Assembly (NCBI GenBank): GCA_964514565.1
Contig: CAZERA010000004.1
Span: forward strand, 40,793 to 104,792
Direction: 5' to 3'
Source of the DNA: an uncultured Candidatus Peribacteria bacterium
GTDB lineage: Bacteria; Patescibacteriota; Gracilibacteria; RBG-16-42-10
DNA length: 64,000 nt
Both the position numbers and the translations under genes were made by a program. Positions within the stretch are counted from its first letter, which is position 1; every line of letters starts with the position of its first letter. This document shows positions 36,951 to 47,399 of this stretch, in pieces. The notes below the pieces were generated by a model. It worked only from the letters and a program-made list of their open reading frames with translations. It did no database searches and was not told the DNA's origin.

Positions 36951-38726
36951 ATGCTTACAGCTAAAGAAATTCGTGCCAAATATCTTGCTTTCTTTCAAAA
37001 GAATGGCCATGCCATTATTCCTAGTGCCTCTCTAGTACCCGAGAATGATCCAAGTGTTTTGTTTACCACCGCCGGCATGCATCCGTTAGTTCCTTATTTG
37101 ATGGGTGAAAAGCATCCTCAAGGTACTCGACTAGTGGATGTGCAAAAGTGTGTGCGCACCGATGATATTGATGAGGTTGGTGATAATACTCACTGTACTT
37201 TTTTTGAGATGTTGGGCAACTGGTCACTGGGTGACTATTTCAAAGAAGAATCGATTGGGTTTAGTTTTAGATTTTTGGTTGAAGAGCTACAAATTCCTTT
37301 GGATCGTTTGGCGGTGACTTGTTTTGCTGGTGATGAGACTGCTCCCAAGGATACTGTTTCATATGAACAGTGGCTGAAGCTGGGCGTACCAGAATCACGT
37401 ATTGCTTTCTTGGGTAAGAAAGACAACTGGTGGCCGAGTGGTGGTAAGCATCCGGGGCCTCAGGGACCAGATACTGAGATTTTTTATTGGACAGGCAAAG
37501 AGTCTGCTCCAGTTGCTTTCGATCCTCAGAACAATCTTTGGGTGGAGATTTGGAACAATGTGTTTATGGAATTCAATCGTACGACTGATGGAGCATATCA
37601 ACCATTGAAGCAAAAGAATGTGGATACTGGTATGGGGCTAGAGCGTACAGCCGCAGTGCTTCAGGGCAAGGCTACTATTTATGAGACAGATTTGTTTATT
37701 CCATTGATTGAAAAAATTCGTTCGCTCGCTACCGAGCAAAACACTGCTTCAGAGCGTATTATTGCTGATCATATCCGTGCTGCCATGTTTTTATTGGTAG
37801 ATCATGTACGTCCTAGCAATGTCGACCAAGGCTATATTTTGCGTCGTCTCATTCGCCGCGCTGTCCGTCACGGTCGCAAGATTGGCATCAAAGGGAACTT
37901 CTTGGAGCCGCTTGGTGCTTTGGTATTAGCTCAATACCAAGATGCTTATCCAGAGATGATGAAGCAACCAATTGTTTTGTTGCAAGCACTCCAAGATGAG
38001 GAGAACCAGTTCAACAAAACTTTAGAAAATGGTTTGAAACAATTTAGGAAATTGGAGGTACAGCTGACTGAACAAGACAGTAAGCAGATTTCTGGGGATC
38101 AAGCTTTTCATCTCTATGATACCTTTGGTTTTCCGATTGAGATTACCAAGGAATTAGCGACTGAGATTGGACTGTCTGTCGATGAACAGGGTTTTGCTGA
38201 TGCTTTCAAGAAACATCAAGATCTTTCTCGTCAGGGTAGTGAACAAAAATTTGCTGGTGGTTTAGCTGATCATTCAGCTGAGAGCCGCATGCTTCATACT
38301 GCTACTCACTTATTGCATCAGGCTTTACGTACAGTATTGGGAGCACATGTAGAACAACGTGGTAGCAACATCACTAGTGAGCGTTTACGTTTTGATTTTC
38401 CACATGAGAGACCGATGACTCCTGAAGAAAAGGCGCAAGTAGAAGTGATTGTGAATGAACAAATTAAGCGTGATTTGCCGGTGAGTTGGAGAGAGATGAC
38501 TGTGGATGAAGCAAAACAAGATGGCGCGATTGGTATCTTTGAAGATCGTTATGGTGACAAAGTCAAAGTCTATACTATGGGTGACTTTTCTAAAGAGATT
38601 TGTGGTGGGCCTCATGTAGAACACACTGGTGAATTGAAAGGATTCAAGATCATCAAAGAAGAGAGTTCTAGTAAAGGTATCCGTCGCATCAAAGCGGTAA
38701 TCGGTAATTCTGCACTCAGTAGCTAG
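36951..38726 (+). CDS. alaS: Alanyl-tRNA synthetase (short form lacking C-Ala)
   Basis: LFTTAGM, QKCVR, HCTFFEMLGNWS, EIWNNVFM, DTGMGLER, HTATHLL, CGGPHV, GIRRIKA. Confidence 0.97.
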   Translation: MLTAKEIRAKYLAFFQKNGHAIIPSASLVPENDPSVLFTTAGMHPLVPYLMGEKHPQGTRLVDVQKCVRTDDIDEVGDNTHCTFFEMLGNWSLGDYFKEESIGFSFRFLVEELQIPLDRLAVTCFAGDETAPKDTVSYEQWLKLGVPESRIAFLGKKDNWWPSGGKHPGPQGPDTEIFYWTGKESAPVAFDPQNNLWVEIWNNVFMEFNRTTDGAYQPLKQKNVDTGMGLERTAAVLQGKATIYETDLFIPLIEKIRSLATEQNTASERIIADHIRAAMFLLVDHVRPSNVDQGYILRRLIRRAVRHGRKIGIKGNFLEPLGALVLAQYQDAYPEMMKQPIVLLQALQDEENQFNKTLENGLKQFRKLEVQLTEQDSKQISGDQAFHLYDTFGFPIEITKELATEIGLSVDEQGFADAFKKHQDLSRQGSEQKFAGGLADHSAESRMLHTATHLLHQALRTVLGAHVEQRGSNITSERLRFDFPHERPMTPEEKAQVEVIVNEQIKRDLPVSWREMTVDEAKQDGAIGIFEDRYGDKVKVYTMGDFSKEICGGPHVEHTGELKGFKIIKEESSSKGIRRIKAVIGNSALSS

Positions 38727-38757
38727 GTGTCGTTCGAGAAGTACTAAAGATTTCCCT

Positions 38758-40068
38758 GTGACTAATAATTATGTGCCAGTTGCATTGCTCCATAGTCGCA
38801 GGGAAGCTTTACTAAAGCTTCTGCCCAATAGCTCTCTTTGTTGCATTCTTTCCAATACTGCCCAATTTCGTAATCATGATGTGGAATATCCTTTTCGGCA
38901 GGATAGTAATTTCTGGTATTTTACTGGCCTCGATCAAAAGGATTTGCTTCTACTGCTTTACAAAAGTAGTACTGGTGCTATGGAGGAGAAGATTTATCTG
39001 ATGCCCCAGTCCGCTCACCAAGCGATGTGGGTTGGTGAACAAATGGATGTCAGTCGTATACAACAATTGTCAGGAGTCCATGCTTGTGAAGAGCTGCCGA
39101 GATTGGCTAAGGATATTTCTGGTTATTTGTCTGATAGTAAGCATGTTTATGTTGATCTAAAGCTTTATCCTGCTCATCCAATCGTTACAATTTTGTCCAC
39201 TGCTTTACTAAACAAAGAACCTTTGCCATTACGTCCTTTGGTTCAACAATTGCGTATGTATAAAGACGCGTGGGAAATTGAGCAAATGCAGAAAGCAGCC
39301 GATATTAGCATTGCGGCTCACTCCTATGCACTGAGACATCTGTCTGATGCACATCGGTATGAGTATCACGTCGCTGCTGATATTGAACATGTTTATAGTC
39401 AACACAACTGTACTTGGGCTTATCCTAGCATCGTTGCCGGAGGTGACAATGCCTGTACTTTGCATTATGTCACTAACAATCAAAGACTTCATGGTGGTGA
39501 TCTTTGTTTGATCGATGCGGGTTGTGAATATAGTTACTATGCCTCTGATATCACCAGAACATATCCTATCTCCGGTCGTTATTCTGAAGCTCAAAGAAAG
39601 GTGTATGAGATTGTATTGGCAGCTCAAGTGGCTGCTATTGAGAACTTACAGCAACCTGACGCTACTATGGCTTCTTATCACCAAAGTGCCGTTGCGGTTT
39701 TAGTTGGTGGTCTAATTAATTTAGGTATTTTGCAAGGATCTATTGCCGAGAATATTGAGAAACGTAGTTACCGTCCGTACTACAATCATGGTACCGGTCA
39801 CTTTTTGGGTTTAGATGTTCATGATCAAGGTATCTATAAAGATGCCAATGGTGTTGCTAACAAAGTACAAAAAGGCATGGCTGTCACTGTTGAGCCTGGT
39901 TTATATTTTGCTCACGATGATCAGACTATTCCAGCTGCATTTCGGGGAATCGGGATCAGAATCGAAGATGATATTGTTAAAACAGAATCAGGCATACTCA
40001 ACCTTACCCAAGCACTGCCCAAGCAAGTCGATGAGCTTGAGCAATGGATGGCAACTATGAAGGGCTAA
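38758..40068 (+). CDS. pepP: Xaa-Pro aminopeptidase (M24B)
   Basis: YPFRQDSNFWYFTG, LHY, IDAG, YASDITRTYP, HGTGHFLGLDVHD, TVEPGLY, GIRIEDD. Confidence 0.94.
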   Translation: MTNNYVPVALLHSRREALLKLLPNSSLCCILSNTAQFRNHDVEYPFRQDSNFWYFTGLDQKDLLLLLYKSSTGAMEEKIYLMPQSAHQAMWVGEQMDVSRIQQLSGVHACEELPRLAKDISGYLSDSKHVYVDLKLYPAHPIVTILSTALLNKEPLPLRPLVQQLRMYKDAWEIEQMQKAADISIAAHSYALRHLSDAHRYEYHVAADIEHVYSQHNCTWAYPSIVAGGDNACTLHYVTNNQRLHGGDLCLIDAGCEYSYYASDITRTYPISGRYSEAQRKVYEIVLAAQVAAIENLQQPDATMASYHQSAVAVLVGGLINLGILQGSIAENIEKRSYRPYYNHGTGHFLGLDVHDQGIYKDANGVANKVQKGMAVTVEPGLYFAHDDQTIPAAFRGIGIRIEDDIVKTESGILNLTQALPKQVDELEQWMATMKG

Positions 40069-40347
40069 TCATTTTTGATTAGGTTCAATATCTTTGATCA
40101 CAGGTTTCGTTTGCTCTTTTGTTTTTGGTTGGAACAAATTTCTATATTTAGGATCGGCGCCTTTTTGAAACATGAGCAAATAGACTATCTCTAGGATGCC
40201 CAATGTTTGAAAAATAAGCAGCGCAATAAACCAACCAACTTGATCTTTCTTGGAAGCGTGCCATAGCGCAATTCCTTTCATAACTAGGGCAAAAATAATG
40301 AATGGAATAAAGAGAATATCGCCGATTAAAGTAAAAGGATTAAACAT
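40069..40347 (-). CDS. Small membrane protein (DUF5652-like)
   Basis: KGIALWHASK..Q.GWFIALL..QTLGILEIVYL pattern. Confidence 0.8.
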   Translation of the reverse strand: MFNPFTLIGDILFIPFIIFALVMKGIALWHASKKDQVGWFIALLIFQTLGILEIVYLLMFQKGADPKYRNLFQPKTKEQTKPVIKDIEPNQK

Positions 40348-40378
40348 AAAGATAAAAAGTATTTTTTGTCAGTTAACT

Positions 40379-42088
40379 TTAATTGCTGCTACAGCTTGTG
40401 GCGGTTACTGCTGAGCTAGTATTGCCTGAATTATTGCTGATAGCAATATTAGAGGTAGCATGACTAGAGATGAGACAAAGCCCATCTGAGCTTAGGCTAT
40501 TATTATTGAATCGATTGGCACTAATCGTGATATCGTCGCTGCTTGCTTTTGGCGCGTTGCCAGCTCTGAATTCAATCAAGACACCGTGGTTGTTATTGAA
40601 GGTATTGTTTTGGATCTTTACATTGCTAGCATCATAGATTCCTAGAGCGCCATATTGATTGTTGGTCAAAGTGTTTTGTTCAAATCGGACATTGATTGCT
40701 TCGTACTGTCTACCACGTAGTAGTTCACTGTCAGTCCAGCCACCAATACCCCAGGCTGGGTCCCCTGCTCCGCTGCGTTGGCCACTGATAGTGTTGCCAG
40801 TAATTACTACATTTGTACTGCCGCCTTTGACATAACCAGCTAGATTGCCAAAGTCGGTCATCATATTGTCTCTGATCGCACTATCATCTGTATCGACAAA
40901 GTCGATCAATTCTTGCCAACAGTTTTCTTCTGGACAGCCTGGTCGAGCTCCTGAGCGAGCGAGTTCGTTGTTTTGGACGATGATGTGATTGGATTGGTTT
41001 ACTTTAATCACATCGCCATCGCTACCAGCATCATGGGACTTGATATTTTGGAGGGTAATATTGTTGGCATTTTGGACATGGATATTATTGTCTCCCATGC
41101 CGTATACTTCTAATCCGTCTATCACGATATATGCAGCATTGTCTCCTATGTTGATACCTTCCTCAGGGGAGCCCGTTAGTTTTGCACTATATTTGTCACC
41201 CGCGGAACGGATAATGATAGGATTATTGGCTGTGCCTTGTTTGTCTATCCAGAGCTGATGTGACAGTCGATAGATACCTGCTGCCAAGATAATTTCGTCT
41301 CCTGGCTCAGCATTGCCGATTGCCGCTCGTAGGTCAGCTTCAGTACTCACTGCTACTTGATGTGAGCCATGAGGTGAATTGATAGTAGGCAGGGTGAAGC
41401 TGCCTGTGTCCCCTACTGTTTGTGTCTGTTGTGGGGTAGGCGTCGGTATAGTAGATGGTAATGAGCTGGCTGTATCCATGATGTGACTGATCACCTTGCT
41501 CATCTCTGCTCTGGTCAATAAACCATTGGGACGGAATGTTCCATCTGAATACCCATTTACTAGTTCTAATCTAGTCGCTGTGGCTACATAACTGCTATAC
41601 CACGCTGCTTTGTCCACATCTTTGAAATTGCTGATGCCACTAACATTGATACTGTAAACTAGAAAAAGTATTTTCAAAGCTTCAGCTCTAGTTACTGGTT
41701 GATTTGGTAAGAACTTTTTACCTTGCGCACAGCTATCACTGATACCATTGATTCCTTTGCTTGCCAGCAAGGCGGCAAATTCATGGGCCCAGTCGCTAGT
41801 AGGGATATCACAAAATACTTTGTCAGTACTGACCATTGCAACGGGCAATTTGCCTTTGTACTGAGCTGACTTTATCGCCATCTTTGCTAGCTCAGCTCGA
41901 GTGATCGAACGATTGGGATAGAAGTTGCTTACTTGAGTATTGATGATGTCTCCAGCATCCAGCTGATCAACATATTCCGCAAACCAATCTTGATTGCGCA
42001 CATCTTGGAAATTGTGTGCTTGTACCAGGGCTACTGGCAAGCTCAAAAAGACCAACAAACCACTCAGTAGTTTTTTAGGTAGCTTCAT
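40379..42088 (-). CDS. Secreted SLH x3 protein with right-handed parallel beta-helix (pectin-lyase-like) domain
   Basis: SLH repeats (ITRAELAK, VTRAEALK, GYSDGTFRPNGLLTRAE); AAIGNAEPGDEIILAAGIY, G..NNPIII, repeated I..N Asn-ladder coils. Confidence 0.88.
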   Translation of the reverse strand: MKLPKKLLSGLLVFLSLPVALVQAHNFQDVRNQDWFAEYVDQLDAGDIINTQVSNFYPNRSITRAELAKMAIKSAQYKGKLPVAMVSTDKVFCDIPTSDWAHEFAALLASKGINGISDSCAQGKKFLPNQPVTRAEALKILFLVYSINVSGISNFKDVDKAAWYSSYVATATRLELVNGYSDGTFRPNGLLTRAEMSKVISHIMDTASSLPSTIPTPTPQQTQTVGDTGSFTLPTINSPHGSHQVAVSTEADLRAAIGNAEPGDEIILAAGIYRLSHQLWIDKQGTANNPIIIRSAGDKYSAKLTGSPEEGINIGDNAAYIVIDGLEVYGMGDNNIHVQNANNITLQNIKSHDAGSDGDVIKVNQSNHIIVQNNELARSGARPGCPEENCWQELIDFVDTDDSAIRDNMMTDFGNLAGYVKGGSTNVVITGNTISGQRSGAGDPAWGIGGWTDSELLRGRQYEAINVRFEQNTLTNNQYGALGIYDASNVKIQNNTFNNNHGVLIEFRAGNAPKASSDDITISANRFNNNSLSSDGLCLISSHATSNIAISNNSGNTSSAVTATSCSSN

Positions 42089-42197
42089 AAATAGAATAGG
42101 TTACATCAGATCGATTGTACCTATTAGTTTGGATCTTGAGAATATATTGGTCTTCACAAAAAATACTCATACTATTTTGCCATATAAAGTATGAGAT

Positions 42198-42271
42198 TGG
42201 TTCGGGGATAGGGACTCGAACCCCAACTCACAGCTCCAAAGGCTGTTGTCCTACCATTAGACGATCCCCGA
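42198..42271 (-). tRNA. tRNA-Gln (anticodon UUG)
   Basis: TCGGGGATCGTCTAATGGTAGGACAACAGCCTTTGGAGCTGTGAGTTGGGGTTCGAGTCCCTATCCCCGAACCA; ACAGC-CT TTG GA-GCTGT, U1-A72, CCA. Confidence 0.95.
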
Positions 42272-42409
42272 TTGGAAATTGCACGCGCATTTTATAGCAT
42301 GGTTATTGGAAAGTGGAAAGCTGTCGGTGCTAAGTTGTCACTTTTTGGGTCAGATGTTGGCTGGTTTTATTTAAAATCTGTTACATTGTAGGCGTTGTAA
42401 AGTGTCGCT

Positions 42410-43090
42410 ATGTATTCTCAGACTTGGACCGGTATTGTTTTGAAAGTTATGAATTATGGTGAAGCAGATAAGATTGTGACTGTCTTTACCAAAGAAGCGG
42501 GTAAAGTGAACTTTATGGCTCGTGGTGTGCGAAAAGCTACTAGCAAGTATGGTGGCATTATTGACCACTTTGTGGAAGGCCAATTTGAAGTCACTCGGAA
42601 GGTACAGCTACCTACCTTGATTCAAGCCAATACTTTGACTTGGTTTCCTTACCTTCGTCACTCCCTCACGCATTGGCAATATGCTGAGCGTGTAGCCAAG
42701 GCAGTCCTGCGGGCGACGTCAGACAATGATGAAAATTTAGAAGTATATTATCTGCTGCAGCAATTCCTTGTGTCGGCTGAGCACTATGCCAATCCCCAAA
42801 GTCTCTGGCTATGGTTTTTATACAAATTACTTTTCCTGACTGGTTTCGGTATCTCTACTGAAATTTGTCAGTCTTGTAAGGAGGAGCTGGAGGATGTGGC
42901 TGAGCATGCAACCAATTATGAAGGCTTTCTGTGTACCAATTGTTCTTCGAATCGCAATGCCGATGATCAATTGGTCTATCAATATTTACATGCTCTTACT
43001 CTTGCTAATTCACCTCTGCAAGATGCTGCTCACGGCGAATTAGTGCAGAGCTTTTTAGAGCTTGCTTTCAAATACCATCTACTTGGATAA
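42410..43090 (+). CDS. recO: DNA repair protein RecO
   Basis: GIVLKVMNYGEADKIVTVFTKEAGKV...ARGVRK..SK; CQSC...CTNC zinc finger. Confidence 0.93.
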   Translation: MYSQTWTGIVLKVMNYGEADKIVTVFTKEAGKVNFMARGVRKATSKYGGIIDHFVEGQFEVTRKVQLPTLIQANTLTWFPYLRHSLTHWQYAERVAKAVLRATSDNDENLEVYYLLQQFLVSAEHYANPQSLWLWFLYKLLFLTGFGISTEICQSCKEELEDVAEHATNYEGFLCTNCSSNRNADDQLVYQYLHALTLANSPLQDAAHGELVQSFLELAFKYHLLG

Positions 43091-43693
43091 GTTTAATGGT
43101 TCTTGATTATAGGTGCGAAGCCAAGTATGTAGTGCAGTTTCAATTCTTTCTCTTTGAGAATTACGAATTGCTACTGATGAAACTTCAAAACAAACAGCAA
43201 CAAGCGCTTTAAGGGCAACTGCGACTTCGTTGCTATCATGCCCATTTTTCGCAATAAGGTAAACTATAATAGCGGTAGTAAAAGGTATTAGTAAGCTGCT
43301 TTCAGGTGCGATACTAGTATCATTAACATCTAAGTTATTTTTTCTAAGAAAGTCTTGTGATTTTGAAAAAGTCTCAATCAAGTTGCGGGTTCCAGCTATC
43401 TCTCGATGGAAAATAAAATTAGACACTAGCCGCGACATGACTAAAAAAGCGCTTGGTTGTAGTATTTCTGTAGTGTAGCGTAATTCTTGATATAAATATG
43501 GACCGTACCAAGCTAGGGAGGTAACAAGTAATGCTATATTTGAACGCTTACATGTAGATAGCAAGTTCTTACAGGTCTCCCATCGTTCACGAGCGATTTG
43601 GCCTGGTATTTGGCGTGCTGCCTTCTCAGGAGGCGGTAGGTCAATTTCAATATTCAATCCGTTGTGATGATTTAGCGCTAGGTCAGAAGGCAT
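43079..43693 (-). CDS. Hypothetical protein with hydrophobic helices
   Basis: 204-aa ORF filling the recO-gyrB gap; no recognised motif. Confidence 0.65.
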   Translation of the reverse strand: MPSDLALNHHNGLNIEIDLPPPEKAARQIPGQIARERWETCKNLLSTCKRSNIALLVTSLAWYGPYLYQELRYTTEILQPSAFLVMSRLVSNFIFHREIAGTRNLIETFSKSQDFLRKNNLDVNDTSIAPESSLLIPFTTAIIVYLIAKNGHDSNEVAVALKALVAVCFEVSSVAIRNSQRERIETALHTWLRTYNQEPLNLSK

Positions 43694-43829
43694 ATCTTTT
43701 TTGTGAATAATTATCTAACCAGTTTATTGTTTATTAGTCAATTGATGCCATTTTGTAATGAATTACTATTATGCAATTTAGTGCTTCATTATAGTTCTGT
43801 TTTATGCTAGATTCCTTTCGTATAAATAG

Positions 43830-45773
<1,944 letters not shown>

Positions 45774-45775
45774 GG

Positions 45776-45823
45776 TTAGGTCATCCCGCGCATGCGGGAC
45801 GAGATCAGAGAGCAGAGGTTTTA
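45776..45823 (+). repeat. 7-bp-period repeat, copy 2, carrying an inserted GC-rich hairpin
   Basis: TTAGGTC A[TCCCGC GCAT GCGGGA] CGAGATC AGAGAGC AGAGGTT TTA. Confidence 0.75.
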
Positions 45824-45828
45824 TTTGG

Positions 45829-45868
45829 TTCCCTCATTCTACCTAATAGTGGAATGAGGGACTTTTTT
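45829..45868 (+). terminator. Intrinsic terminator after gyrB
   Basis: TCCCTCATTCTAC ... GTGGAATGAGGGA-C-TTTTTT. Confidence 0.8.
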
Positions 45869-45890
45869 CTTGTTCACCGGTGATGGTTGG

Positions 45891-46574
45891 CTAGTCTGTT
45901 AAGGCTGCTTTGATTAGTGCTTGGACTTCTTGGTCTGGAATACCGGAGAGATTGAAGCGATTTTTTAGTAGATCATCCACATTTCGATAGCACCTTCTGA
46001 GGTATTTTAGCGCTGCTATTAATCCTTCTTTATCTGTAGTTTGTTTTCTTAGATATGGTTTGAGCAGGTCGTAAACAACATGCGGTTCACAGACTGTTTG
46101 TAATATGTCAGGAATTTTTCCCACATAAGCTTCAATAGTTTCTTTAGCATCTCTAATTGCGGCAATAGTACGATGCATACCGTCGAATACTTTTAGTTTG
46201 TGGTCATGGTTTTGAATCAAAATAGGATGATCATGCCACTTTGCTTGTTTGAAAAGTACTTTAGCATTGGGGTCTGACTGGAAAAACTGGCGTAATTTTT
46301 GTGGTGATCGCTGGCACCCGTCAATCACGATTTTGTTCCAAGCAGTACTGGTACCTGTTAAGTACAAATCATCGACTTTAACTATTTCTTTTGTCCATTG
46401 GACGCTAGGATCAGTAATGAAATCAGCTACCCAGTTTAGCTCTGCTCCACTGTAAGTGATCAATTGGTCTAATGCTTGATGTGTACGTTTAAATCTCGCT
46501 TCTTCGTGATGGAGTAAATCTAACAAATAGGCTTGGTCAGGAAAATTGGTAGTCAGTGGATACTGGTAGGACAT
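45891..46574 (-). CDS. ParB/Sulfiredoxin N-terminal-fold protein, paralog B
   Basis: HPILI.....KLKVFDGMHRTIAAIRDAKETIEAYVGK. Confidence 0.75.
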   Translation of the reverse strand: MSYQYPLTTNFPDQAYLLDLLHHEEARFKRTHQALDQLITYSGAELNWVADFITDPSVQWTKEIVKVDDLYLTGTSTAWNKIVIDGCQRSPQKLRQFFQSDPNAKVLFKQAKWHDHPILIQNHDHKLKVFDGMHRTIAAIRDAKETIEAYVGKIPDILQTVCEPHVVYDLLKPYLRKQTTDKEGLIAALKYLRRCYRNVDDLLKNRFNLSGIPDQEVQALIKAALTD

Positions 46575-47378
46575 TTACAAAGATTTTAGTTGGTCACTTA
46601 CTTTTGACCGCAATTCTTCATCCAGATCTGAAGTGACTCGATTGAAAAATTCATATTGTCCTGGTTCTGAGGTTTTGATTAAGCGGCCAATAGTTTGTGA
46701 GATTGCATCTAAACTAGCCGGGCTTGGGTCTATCCGTTTTACGAAGCTGACTAAGTCCATCAAGATCGGGGTGGGGAGCCATATATTAAATATTGCTGGT
46801 TCTTTGACTACTTTGCCTACTGCAGCATAAATAGTTGATTTCCCAAGTAGTAAGGCTGTCCAGCTGCGACGGTTGCCATCGATGATTTCAAATCTTTGTT
46901 CTTTTCCAGCAATAATAATTGCTTCTTCGTCGCGCATCACCATAGTGCTTGCCATGGTATGTAAGGTTTCTAGGTCGTTTATCTTTTGTACTTTGCCTTT
47001 CTCAGTGTCCTCATAAAATCTTCTTACAGTTACCATACTTGGATGTTTTCCCAGCTGTTCAAGCTCTTTAAATGTAGCAGTAACAACCAATGAGTCTAAA
47101 GGGATCTCTTGATAAGACCACTCTATGTTTTGTGATGTTAGACGGGCAACAATATTTTTCAGTTTAAACCCTCTAGATATGCCATCTACTCCATTCCAAA
47201 AATCTCTAACTGGAAATAGATTGGGACTTTTATCAAACCAGTTTTCTATATCATTGTTAATTAAATTCCACGTTTTAGGATCTTGGATGCTGGGAAAGAG
47301 TTTATGAAACTCATGGTTCAAATAACTTTGCGCAATTTCTACCCTTATTTTCTCGTAGATATGCGGTGGGTAAATCAT
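46575..47378 (-). CDS. ParB/Sulfiredoxin N-terminal-fold protein, paralog A
   Basis: EAIII.....RFEIIDGNRRSWTALLLGKSTIYAAVGK. Confidence 0.75.
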   Translation of the reverse strand: MIYPPHIYEKIRVEIAQSYLNHEFHKLFPSIQDPKTWNLINNDIENWFDKSPNLFPVRDFWNGVDGISRGFKLKNIVARLTSQNIEWSYQEIPLDSLVVTATFKELEQLGKHPSMVTVRRFYEDTEKGKVQKINDLETLHTMASTMVMRDEEAIIIAGKEQRFEIIDGNRRSWTALLLGKSTIYAAVGKVVKEPAIFNIWLPTPILMDLVSFVKRIDPSPASLDAISQTIGRLIKTSEPGQYEFFNRVTSDLDEELRSKVSDQLKSL

Positions 47379-47399
47379 GGCAAAGTTATTGAATAATGA

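Noticed and set aside
45891..47378. Chromosome-partitioning parB / origin region next to gyrB
   Set aside because: No parA, dnaA, dnaN, DnaA-box cluster or parS palindrome seen; the proteins lack the GERRxRA box and HTH of Spo0J-type ParB
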